Positions 44,833 through 53,458 of a stretch of 64,000 bases of DNA are shown here, in pieces. Source of the stretch: Anaerolineales bacterium. GTDB taxonomy: Bacteria; Chloroflexota; Anaerolineae; Anaerolineales; E44-bin32. The notes below the pieces were generated by a model. The model had not been told where the DNA came from. It searched no databases and was given only the letters and a program-made list of their open reading frames with translations. A program made the position numbers and the translations under genes. How positions within the stretch are numbered: the first letter of the stretch is position 1; the number at the start of each line of letters is the position of its first letter. Location: NCBI GenBank assembly GCA_037379555.1, contig JARRJK010000006.1, positions 21,769-85,768 on the forward strand, in the 5' to 3' direction.

Positions 44833-45690
44833 TCAGGAGTGCGCGAGATCCACACCCTTGAACAGGTCATGCTCGCGCAAACCGGGCGTGGCAGGGGGGA
44901 AAGCCCGCATGAAAGTCTCCGGACCGTTGAACCGGCGCAGCAGCGTCCCGACCAAGCCGGTGGGTCCGCTGTCCTGCTGGCTCCGATGGCAGGCAGAGGC
45001 TTTCGCCTTGCGTTCTGCAACCTCGGAGTAACGGATTCGGGCGTGGATCGGGAAATCAACCTCTGCCAGTTCCGTCAGATCGATATCTCTGTTGCGGCCG
45101 TAATGGTGGGGGTCCTGGCCCAGGAGCGGAAGCAGCCGGAGGAAGAAGCGCAGCCAGCGCTTCGAGAAGGTGTGATAGTAGAGTTTTTGCGGTTGGTACC
45201 CATTCTCAGACTGGCGTGCGAGTTTAAACGCATCCAGCGTCGCCTTATGCACGGCGATATGATCCGGATGTCGATAGCCGCCGATAGGGTCGAAGGTGAT
45301 CACGACCTGTGGTTTGAGGTCCTGCATGTACTCCAGGATCTTCCCCGTAATCTCTTCCGGGTCTGCAGCGGCCAGGGCGCGCGGGTGGTGGTTATCAGCC
45401 GTATTCGGCATGCCCGAATCGCGATAGCCCATGAAATGAACACCCGCCAGGCCCAGATGTTCGGCTGCACAGCGCAGTTCGTGCTCGCGCAAAGCGGCTG
45501 CATCCTTATGCCCTTTGAGCATTTCGGGAGGGATGACTCCGACTTCGCCGTGTGTTGCGCAGACCAAATGGACCTGCGCGCCGTCTGCTGCGTAGTGAGC
45601 GAGCGTGCCGCCGGGTCCGAAACTCTCATCGTCAGGGTGTGCAAAGACAGCCAGTAATCGCCGTCCGTTCGTGCTGTTCTCGTTCATCAC
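44833..45690 (-). CDS. PIG-L/LmbE-family N-acetylglucosaminyl deacetylase
   Basis: LAVFAHPDDESFGPGGTLA and HPDH motifs of the PIG-L family. Confidence 0.8.
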   Translation of the reverse strand: MMNENSTNGRRLLAVFAHPDDESFGPGGTLAHYAADGAQVHLVCATHGEVGVIPPEMLKGHKDAAALREHELRCAAEHLGLAGVHFMGYRDSGMPNTADNHHPRALAAADPEEITGKILEYMQDLKPQVVITFDPIGGYRHPDHIAVHKATLDAFKLARQSENGYQPQKLYYHTFSKRWLRFFLRLLPLLGQDPHHYGRNRDIDLTELAEVDFPIHARIRYSEVAERKAKASACHRSQQDSGPTGLVGTLLRRFNGPETFMRAFPPATPGLREHDLFKGVDLAHS

Positions 45691-45700
45691 TCCACTCTAC

Positions 45701-46126
45701 CTATTCTCCATAAACGGTCACAAGGATCCGCCGCTGCCGCGGGCGGACGTCAAAATCGATGAACAGGATTTGCTGCCATGTGCCGAGCCCGAGCCCCCTG
45801 GACCTGACGGGGAGCATAAGGCTGGTTCCAAGCAGGGCTGAGCGCAGGTGAGAATGCCCGTTTCCATCACCCCATCGCAGGTTGTGGCGGTACTCACGGT
45901 CCGGGGGGATGATCTCGTCCAGCATGCGCCGCATGTCTTCCAGGGCACCGGATTCGAATTCGATCGTGGTTAGCGCGCTGGTTGAAGATGGGGTGAAGAT
46001 GTTCGCCATCCCTTGTTCGATGCCGCTGTCGTCCACGATCTCGGCCACTGCTTGGGTGAGATCATGCATGTCGGCGTTGCCCTGCGTCTGCAGCTCGATG
46101 CTTCCTGTGTGGATCACTCTTACCAT
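45701..46126 (-). CDS. yjbQ: YjbQ/UPF0047 family protein (secondary thiamine-phosphate synthase family)
   Basis: TSALTTIEFESG...DGNGHSHLRSALLGTSL...GTWQQI motifs of UPF0047. Start uncertain (46126 ATG versus 46156 TTG). Confidence 0.78.
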   Translation of the reverse strand: MVRVIHTGSIELQTQGNADMHDLTQAVAEIVDDSGIEQGMANIFTPSSTSALTTIEFESGALEDMRRMLDEIIPPDREYRHNLRWGDGNGHSHLRSALLGTSLMLPVRSRGLGLGTWQQILFIDFDVRPRQRRILVTVYGE

Positions 46127-46177
46127 CCTGTCTATCAGAGGGGATTCTACCCGCAATCGGCTCGCTGAACCGAATCC

Positions 46178-47344
46178 TCAGCTGCTGCGCTCAGGCCGGC
46201 CCTCAGGTTTGAAGAGCGGCAGCTGGCTGATATCCTGTTGGGAGCGAATTTGTCCTTTTCCTTCAGCCTTCGCCTGATATTGTACCTGGTCGGCTCTGGC
46301 GAGCAGGTCATCCACGGTTTCGTCCTCGAAACGCATCTGCGAGACGCCGGCAGAAAACGTAAGGGAGGGGACATTTTCACCGAGCCCCGCGGACGAGGCG
46401 TCCAGCGCACGGCGAAGTTTCAGCGCCACTCCGTAGGCGCCTTTCACAGTCGTCTCGGGAAGCAGCACCGCGAACTCATCGCCTCCGATACGTGCCAGCA
46501 GGTCGGTCGACCGTAACACAGCTCGCATCGAGAGGGCGGCAGTTCGCAGCAGTTCATCTCCGAACAGATGGCCGAAGCGATCGTTAACTGATTTAAATCC
46601 GTCCAGATCGAGGTACAGCAGCGAGAGCGGTCTGCGGTAGCGTTTGGCACGTGCGAACTCCCGCTCGAGCTGTTCGATCAGGAAGCGCCGGTTGGCAAGA
46701 TTCGTAAGCGGGTCGGTATGCGCCAGCTGGGAGAGTTCTTCCGTTTTCGTTTGCAGCCGCTGAAAGGTGAGTTCGAGATGCCGGGATTGATTGAAGAGCA
46801 GGGCGGCCAGCCCTTGATGCAAGCCAACCTGCGTGCTCAGGAAGAGCACCCAGCTCTCGGTGCTGAAGTCGAGGGTGGGATCGAGCGCGCTCGCGAAGAG
46901 CCCGCTCACAAGAAGGGCGCCGGAGGCTAAGAACGAGTAGGCGAAGGTGGCTTTCCCACCGGCGATCAAGCCTGAAAGCATGATCGGGACAAAGAGCAAT
47001 GCGCTGAAAATGAAGATGCTGCGCGGGTAAAAGAGCAGGTTCATGACCGCCAGCAGCAGGAAGGAAGCGGCCGAGACATGTCCGGCTACGATTGTGTTGC
47101 CGGAGTTTGCCATCCTGCGGGTGATCCATATGCTGAAAAACAGAAAGAGGATACTCGCCAGGTCGAAGACCAGGTTGGTGCTCTGCCGCTGCAATCCGAT
47201 CGTCCACAGCGTCAGGTCAACAAGGGCCCAGGCGCCGAGCAGCACCAGGATGACGATCGTCACCCGCTGTGTGATCCAGATCCGGTAGGTACGCAGTTCT
47301 GGATTAAGGTGCTCGAAGGATACGGCGCGCAACCGTTCTAACAC
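46178..47344 (-). CDS. Membrane-bound diguanylate cyclase (GGDEF)
   Basis: Six-helix N-terminal membrane domain. DPLTNLANRR, active site RIGGDEFAVLL, and an RxxD I-site (RSTD) five residues upstream. Confidence 0.87.
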   Translation of the reverse strand: MLERLRAVSFEHLNPELRTYRIWITQRVTIVILVLLGAWALVDLTLWTIGLQRQSTNLVFDLASILFLFFSIWITRRMANSGNTIVAGHVSAASFLLLAVMNLLFYPRSIFIFSALLFVPIMLSGLIAGGKATFAYSFLASGALLVSGLFASALDPTLDFSTESWVLFLSTQVGLHQGLAALLFNQSRHLELTFQRLQTKTEELSQLAHTDPLTNLANRRFLIEQLEREFARAKRYRRPLSLLYLDLDGFKSVNDRFGHLFGDELLRTAALSMRAVLRSTDLLARIGGDEFAVLLPETTVKGAYGVALKLRRALDASSAGLGENVPSLTFSAGVSQMRFEDETVDDLLARADQVQYQAKAEGKGQIRSQQDISQLPLFKPEGRPERSS

Positions 47345-47376
47345 GTCCCTTTGCTCTCAGGAAGCCAGAGAAATCG

Positions 47377-48040
47377 TTACTCGTTCACTTCAGGGATACC
47401 GACGATATTGTATCCCGAGTCGACGAACAGCACCTCACCCGTAACTTTGCTCGCCAGGTCTGATGAGAGCCAGACTGCCGCGCCGCCGATGTCTTCGATG
47501 CTGATGGGCTCGCCGAGCGGCGCATAGGCTGTAAACTCGCGGTACATACGTTTAAAACCGCTGACACCAGCCGCAGAGAGTGTACGTACGGGGCCGGCGG
47601 AGATGGCGTTCACCCGGATCCGATCCCGGCCGAGATCCAGCGCCAGGTAGCGTGTGGTTGCCTCCAGTGCCGCCTTGGCGACGCCCATCACGTTGTAGTT
47701 GGGGACGGCCTTCTGCGCGCCGTAGTAGGTCAGGGTGAGCATCGAGCCCCCCGCTCCCATCAGCGGTTTTACCGACCGTGCGAGCACAATATAGGAGTAG
47801 ACGCTGATGTCCATCGCCTTGCGAAACCCATCACGGCTGGTTTGATGGAACGCATTTCTCTACGAAGGACGAATCGACCGATTTGGCCAGTGGGCGCACG
47901 CGCCGCTCCAGCGCATCGCTGGCGTAGGAGAACGCCAGATTCGCCCCATGTTCATGCATCGTTTTAGCGATTCCCCAGGCGATTGAGTGATCGTTGGCCA
48001 CCCCGAATACGAGTGCCGTCTTTCCCTCCAGCAGTTTCAT
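47377..48040 (-). pseudogene. fabI: Enoyl-ACP reductase FabI, interrupted by an internal out-of-frame deletion
   Basis: The N-terminal fragment (48040..47831, MKLLEGKTALVFGVANDHSIAWGIAK...LAKSVDSSFV then nonsense and a stop) and the C-terminal fragment (frame open from about 47860, ...[17 protein letters not shown]...[22 protein letters not shown]...VNAISAGP) are in different frames. About 40 aa of the Rossmann core (the E. coli LQCDV...HSIGFAP region) are missing. Confidence 0.8.
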
Positions 48041-48660
48041 TAAGCGACCTCCTCCTGTAGCTGATTGGCGAATGAACGTTCGATCCGAAAACGCCATGGC
48101 TTACTTTTCCATGGTTCCTCAACTGTATATAAACCCACGCGCGGCCCGCAGGTCACGAACCGATCGCGAATCGCTGGTCCTTCTTCAACGAACAACTCGG
48201 ACGAAGAAATGCACAGGTCATGCCCGTCAAAGCGGCGATCGATGTCGAAAGCCTGGCATAGCTTGGCCGGCCCATTACAAAGCTCGTGGTCCGGCCGGCC
48301 TGGGCGCCGGGAGCGTATGGGGTCCAGGCCTTCGACAGGGAGCACGCCGCGGATGAGCACGGCTGCCGGGAAACCCTCTCGTTCTGTCACGAAATTCAGC
48401 ATCCAATGCATGCCATAGGTGAAATATACGTAGGCATGACCCGCCTCGCCCCACATCGTTTCATTGCGCTGGGTGCGTCCGACTCTTGCATGACAGGCTT
48501 GGTCTTCCATCCCGATGTACGCTTCAGCCTCAGAGATTATCCCTGAGGTCCGTCCGGTGCCGGATTCGAGATGCACCAGGCGCTTGCCCAGCAGATGACG
48601 TGCGACCTGCAGCGTGTTGGCCTGGAAGAAGGCGCGTGTCAACCGCTGGGCGTGCTTCAC
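48040..48660 (-). CDS. mpg: DNA-3-methyladenine glycosylase (MPG/AAG family)
   Basis: FF..NTLQVARHLLGKRLV...ISEAEAYIG.EDQACHA...GHAYVYFTYGMHWMLN motifs. The stop overlaps the fabI ATG by 1 nt (TAATG). Confidence 0.85.
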   Translation of the reverse strand: MKHAQRLTRAFFQANTLQVARHLLGKRLVHLESGTGRTSGIISEAEAYIGMEDQACHARVGRTQRNETMWGEAGHAYVYFTYGMHWMLNFVTEREGFPAAVLIRGVLPVEGLDPIRSRRPGRPDHELCNGPAKLCQAFDIDRRFDGHDLCISSSELFVEEGPAIRDRFVTCGPRVGLYTVEEPWKSKPWRFRIERSFANQLQEEVA

Positions 48661-48711
48661 CGTCCGGTTACCAGCGTAGACGGGAGCCGGGATCGGAGCA
48701 TCACGATTTGC

Positions 48712-49644
48712 TCAACCTGCTGTTTGGAAACGGGGGTCTTTGCGGATTGTGCGTTCCAACCCTTCCTGCAGGCTGTAACGCGGCTGGTAGCCAAGCTTCT
48801 GACGCGCAAGCTGGATGTCGGCGCACATGCGCGAGGGACCGGGATCTTGATCTTCCTTATAGATCCACTCCGCATTCGCGCCGACCGCTTCGAGGACGTA
48901 TTGGCCCAGGGTTTTGATACTCGTCTCAACGCCGCTGCCGATATTGATGACCAGCTGGTCGATCGTAGGCGCGGTGGCGGCGGCGACCATCGCCTCGACC
49001 ACGTCATCGAGGAAGACGAAATCACGGGTTTGCTCGCCGTCGCCGTGGATTACGAGCGTACCGCCGCGAGCAGCCTCGCGCAGGAAGTGTGGGACAACCG
49101 GTGGGTGAGCAACCGATAGCGGTTGGCCGGGACCGTAGGCGTTGAAGACCCGCAGCGAAACGGTCTCGATTCCCCACAGGACGCCGATCGTCCTGATATA
49201 GTGTTCGGCCGCTAATTTTGAGACGGCGTAAGGCGATCCAGGTTGCGGCGGCGCGCTTTCCCCCAGGGGCTGCTGGCCCTTGTCGCCATAGATCGCGCCG
49301 GAGGAGATGAAGACCACCCGGCGCACGCCGACATCACGCATGGCCTCCATGACGCTCACGGTTCCCCCGACATTGATGATGTTGTACTCGCGTGGATAGA
49401 GGATCGATTCGGGGACGGAGACTTTGGCAGCCAGGTGGTAGACGCAATCGACATCCTGCAACAGCGTCCACAGCTTCGGCCGGTCGGTCACGTCGCCGCG
49501 TGTAAAAAGCACGTCGGGCAACAGGCGCGCCGGATCCCCGGCGGACAGGTCGTCCAGCCCGCGTACCTGGTGGCCCTCGCGTGCCAGTCGATTTGCGAGG
49601 TTTGAACCGAGGAAACCGGCCGCGCCGGTGACGAGGAAGTTCAT
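48712..49644 (-). CDS. NAD-dependent epimerase/dehydratase (UDP-sugar 4-epimerase-like SDR)
   Basis: FLVTGAAGFLGSNL Rossmann motif and catalytic YAVSKLAAE (YxxxK). ATG at 49644; the ORF extends to 49707. Confidence 0.85.
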   Translation of the reverse strand: MNFLVTGAAGFLGSNLANRLAREGHQVRGLDDLSAGDPARLLPDVLFTRGDVTDRPKLWTLLQDVDCVYHLAAKVSVPESILYPREYNIINVGGTVSVMEAMRDVGVRRVVFISSGAIYGDKGQQPLGESAPPQPGSPYAVSKLAAEHYIRTIGVLWGIETVSLRVFNAYGPGQPLSVAHPPVVPHFLREAARGGTLVIHGDGEQTRDFVFLDDVVEAMVAAATAPTIDQLVINIGSGVETSIKTLGQYVLEAVGANAEWIYKEDQDPGPSRMCADIQLARQKLGYQPRYSLQEGLERTIRKDPRFQTAG

Positions 49645-49744
49645 AGACCTGATTTCTGATTGATCGCAAGCCAGGTGACGCGGGATTATAACATAGCCGG
49701 GTCTCACCTATTGACCGTGGTGTCGTGCTTGGTATCATCAGCGC

Positions 49745-51022
49745 ATGCTCGCGCTGCTCGGTGATATCTGGTACTGGCTGAAACGCATCCTGCTTGTCGC
49801 GTTGATGGCTGTCGCCCTCGGCGGGAGCGTGATCCAGGCTCGCGGACAGGAAGAACGCATCTCCCTTATCGCACGACCCTATGAATTTAATTTCGCTGGC
49901 TGGACGATTGATGCATGGCTCACTAAGGCTGCTGAGGCCAACCTCGGCGTGCCCGGCTACCTGCACGCCGGGGACGAAAGGCAGATTGTCCTCGACTACC
50001 TCGCGGCGGTTGAGGATTATCGCAGCGCCCACGCTGATCTTGAGACTGCCTACGGCAGTCCGGACCTGGCTGATCGGGACACAGTCCTGGCCGAACTGGG
50101 ATCAAAAGTCCAGCAGCTTGAAGCCCGGGTGGATGGCTTGCGGCCGCTGGCCGAATCCGCGCTCCAGGAGCAGACCACACAGATCCTGGGCGAGTATGGG
50201 TTAGGCATGCTCGATGGCCTGCTGCCTCCGGTGCTCTTCCGCATCGCACCACTGCCAAGCGCATTGATCGTCTCCCCGCGGGATGAGATCCGGCAGATCG
50301 CGGATATTAACCTCAGGCTCGATACCGGTCTCGAGACTGAGGTTGAGCTCGAGCAGGCGGTCGAATCGCGCCTGAACGTTTCGGCCTTGGTCGTGCCGGT
50401 GGGAGGCCTGGGGACATACCCGACGATGGTGCAGGATACGACCAGCCTGTCATGGCTGACGGAGGTTATCGGGCACGAGTGGGTCCATAACTATCTTTCC
50501 CTGCATCCCCTTGGACTGCGTTACGGGAAGTCGCCGGAGCTGCGAACGATGAATGAAACGACGGCTTCCTTGCTGGGCGAGGTGATCGGTCGCGAGGTTC
50601 TGCGGCGCTTCTATCCTGAATTGATGCCCCCTGAACCCTCGCCGGAAACGCCAGCGCCCGCCCCCGAAGAACCCCCGGCGTTCGATTTCCGGGCTGAAAT
50701 GCGCATCACGCGCGTGCACGTCGATGAACTGCTTTCGGACGGGATGATCGCTGATGCGGAAGCGTATATGGAAGCCAGGCGGCTTTTCTTTTGGGATCAC
50801 GGCTACCACATCCGCCGTCTGAATCAGGCTTATTTCGCATTCCACGGCGCCTATGCTGATCAGCCCGGCGGTGCTGCTGGCGACGATCCGGTTGGGACGG
50901 CAGTGCGCGATCTCTGGGCACAGGCGAGTTCGCCAGCCCAATTCCTGCGGCAGATGGCGGCGATGCGCAGCGTCGATGATCTGTGGGAGGCAGTGCTACC
51001 AATCGCTGATCAGGGCGGCTAA
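49745..51022 (+). CDS. Membrane-anchored hypothetical protein with an HExxH motif (putative zinc metallopeptidase)
   Basis: One N-terminal TM helix (ILLVALMAVALGG). Central VIGHEWVHNYL (HExxH) with a downstream Glu-rich segment. No family recognised. Confidence 0.5.
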   Translation: MLALLGDIWYWLKRILLVALMAVALGGSVIQARGQEERISLIARPYEFNFAGWTIDAWLTKAAEANLGVPGYLHAGDERQIVLDYLAAVEDYRSAHADLETAYGSPDLADRDTVLAELGSKVQQLEARVDGLRPLAESALQEQTTQILGEYGLGMLDGLLPPVLFRIAPLPSALIVSPRDEIRQIADINLRLDTGLETEVELEQAVESRLNVSALVVPVGGLGTYPTMVQDTTSLSWLTEVIGHEWVHNYLSLHPLGLRYGKSPELRTMNETTASLLGEVIGREVLRRFYPELMPPEPSPETPAPAPEEPPAFDFRAEMRITRVHVDELLSDGMIADAEAYMEARRLFFWDHGYHIRRLNQAYFAFHGAYADQPGGAAGDDPVGTAVRDLWAQASSPAQFLRQMAAMRSVDDLWEAVLPIADQGG

Positions 51023-52076
51023 GAGCGCCATCCGCTCGGTCAGGCTGCCAATCTCAACCTGTTCATCTGAAGTGTGCGCCCCACGGCCGATCGCACCCAG
51101 GCCATCCAGGACGGGAACACCAAGCTGGGCGACGAAATTCGCATCTGAGCCGCCGCCTGTGCCGCCCTCTTTAAGATCGAAACCGAGCGCGCGGCCGATC
51201 TCCCGGGCGCGCCCGAAGGTCTGGAGCATCAGCTCGTCCCGTTCCATCGGAGGCCTGTTCCAACCACCGCGCAGCTCAAGTCGGGCTCCCGGAAGAAAGG
51301 GCGTCAGCGCTTCCATTTCCTGGCGGATCCGCTCACCCTCGCTGCGGGTCATGGCGCGCACATCGATGCGAGCCCGGCAATGCTGAGGCACGACGTTCGA
51401 GCGCGTGCCACCGCTGATCACGCCGACGTTTACCGTGGTTCCGCGCTCATTGTCCCCCAGCCCTGCGATCGCCTGCACCTGATGCGCCATCTCCAATATT
51501 GCATTGATCCCGTTTTCGATATCGCTGCCGGCGTGTGCCGCCGCACCGTGCGCCTCGAGATGGAAGTTCAGGATGCCCTTGCGCCAGGTTTTCAATGCTC
51601 CGTCGGGCAGGGCTGGTTCGAGGCACAGGACGAGCGAGGATTGTGTGGCCAACTCCTCGATCAGGTTCTTCGAGCTGCGGCTGCCGATTTCCTCGTCGGA
51701 GGTGCACAGCCACGGTTATCGCCATCGCGATGCTGATCTTCATATCGAGCACGCCGGGACCGTAGAGCCGGTCTTCCGACACATTCCAGGGCATGTTTTG
51801 GAGGGAGCCCAGCGGATGGACCGTGTCCATATGTGTGAGGAGCAGCATCTGGTCTTCGCCCTCGCCCCAAATGCCCATCCAGTGATCACCAGCCTGGCTC
51901 TCTTCAAAATGGGTCAGCTGCGCGCCGCGCCGTTTCATCTCCCCCGCGATCTGACGGCCGAGTTCATCAACCTGTTGCTTGGCGGTTGTGGGCGATTCCT
52001 GGACGACCAGCCGCTGGGTGAGGTCGATCAGGTCAGGCAGGCGTGCTTCACACTCTTGAATGGAGAGCAGTGGCAT
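50996..52076 (-). pseudogene. M20-family metallopeptidase (carboxypeptidase G2-like), frameshifted with a probable small internal deletion
   Basis: The N-terminal frame (52076..) reads ...LLLTHMDTVHP...GPGVLDMKISIAMAITVAV then nonsense. The C-terminal frame (..50996) resumes at CTSDEEIGSRSSKNLIEELA...GTRSNVVP...GGGSDANF...HTSDEQV. The frames switch near 51700-51715, and the DMK-to-TSDEE spacing is about 15-20 aa shorter than I expect for M20. Confidence 0.72.
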
Positions 52077-52105
52077 CTGGAGTTCTCCTCATGTTTGCAA
52101 ACGCA

Positions 52106-53374
52106 TCACTGTGGACTCAGGCAAAGGTCAGGTGCGCTGTAGGCTCGGTTTGCATAGCCGTAGTTGAGTGGCTCCAGCACGCCGGCTGCGTGGGCTGCTC
52201 CATACGCCTGGGCAGCGCTGCAGGAGGCTTCCAACCCCGCATTTTCGTAGGCTTCGAATGTGACTTCAGCCAGGGACAGCATATCGGCGGTGTCATTTGT
52301 GGCTGAAGCCTGCATGAACTCGAGCGCTCGGCGGGCAGCGCCTGTATTGCCTTGATTGAGGTGGATCGACATCTGCCGAAAGGCGGCGAAAGCGGCCAGC
52401 GTTCGCGCGCCGGTTTCGCCGTAGATCCAATCGTCGTACCGGCCGTCTTCAATCACCTGCGTGTAGAGTTCAAGGGCCAGTTCGTAGTCTCCGGCTTGCG
52501 CGGCTGTATCTGCGTCGTGCAGCAGGTGAATTCGGAAGCGCGGTGCTCCGAGCGCATCGGGGCCATGAATGAATGCCCCGGCCTCCGAATCCCAGGTCCA
52601 GACGCGGGTTCGCTCCCGGTAGGGCCCGGCACCGGCTGAGCTGATTCCTGTTCCCGTTACTGCCAACGACCAGTAGCCGTCTGCTGCAGGGCCGCGCAGG
52701 TCGATCGTCGGATTGGGGAGATCGTCGCTTCGACCCTGGAGCAGGTTCCTGAACTCGCCCCTGCTGTACGAGAGCACCCGCAAATCGAGAAAACAAGTAT
52801 GTGCGCCACAGCTATTGACGCTGATCAGCAGTTCTGGAACCCCATCATCGTTGAGGTCGCTGGTAGAGACGATGCTCGGAAGCCCCGTGAGATCCCCGGG
52901 TGGTGAGACGTACGCGAGATCGTATTCCCTCTCATCGCAGATGAAGACAAAAAGCATTCCAGATGACAGACCGGTGGCAGGATCATTCCGGGTGAGGACC
53001 AGGGCAAAATCCTCCCATCCGTCTGCGTTCAGATCGATCACCGCACCGGTCTGATCCGCCTGGAGCCCGGTCTGACGACTCTCGAGCGATTCGAGCAAGG
53101 TCGTCAGCAGGCCACCGTTGTTCAGGTAATCCAAAACATCCGCCGCCCACGTATGCGGATCATCCAGCCCCGGGACGGGGGGTGAAGCCGGTGGCACCTG
53201 GCAGGCCTGGGCTTTGCGCTGCTCTCCGCCAGGAAGTCCTTCCACGGGATTCCCGTCAGCGCCCGACACGGCTCGTGAAGAGGGAGCATTGCAGCCTGAC
53301 ATCACCACAGCCATGAGGGTGATCAGGCAAGCAGCCAGAGGAAGGAGTCGGTTCAGTTTAGGTTGAGGGCTCAT
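52106..53374 (-). CDS. Secreted lipoprotein with FG-GAP/VCBS-like repeats and a helical (TPR-like) C-terminal domain
   Basis: Lipobox VVMSGCNA. DLNADGWEDFALVL and DLNDDGVPELLISV Ca-binding-type repeats. Helical repeats (AGDYELALELYTQVIED; GNTGAARRALEFM). Confidence 0.5.
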   Translation of the reverse strand: MSPQPKLNRLLPLAACLITLMAVVMSGCNAPSSRAVSGADGNPVEGLPGGEQRKAQACQVPPASPPVPGLDDPHTWAADVLDYLNNGGLLTTLLESLESRQTGLQADQTGAVIDLNADGWEDFALVLTRNDPATGLSSGMLFVFICDEREYDLAYVSPPGDLTGLPSIVSTSDLNDDGVPELLISVNSCGAHTCFLDLRVLSYSRGEFRNLLQGRSDDLPNPTIDLRGPAADGYWSLAVTGTGISSAGAGPYRERTRVWTWDSEAGAFIHGPDALGAPRFRIHLLHDADTAAQAGDYELALELYTQVIEDGRYDDWIYGETGARTLAAFAAFRQMSIHLNQGNTGAARRALEFMQASATNDTADMLSLAEVTFEAYENAGLEASCSAAQAYGAAHAAGVLEPLNYGYANRAYSAPDLCLSPQ

Positions 53375-53458
53375 GGCATCAGTCTAAAGCCTGGAGCCTT
53401 TATAAACAACAGGCAGTGGGAGTCGGGAAGGCATGCGCCGTGACGTATACTGGTATGG

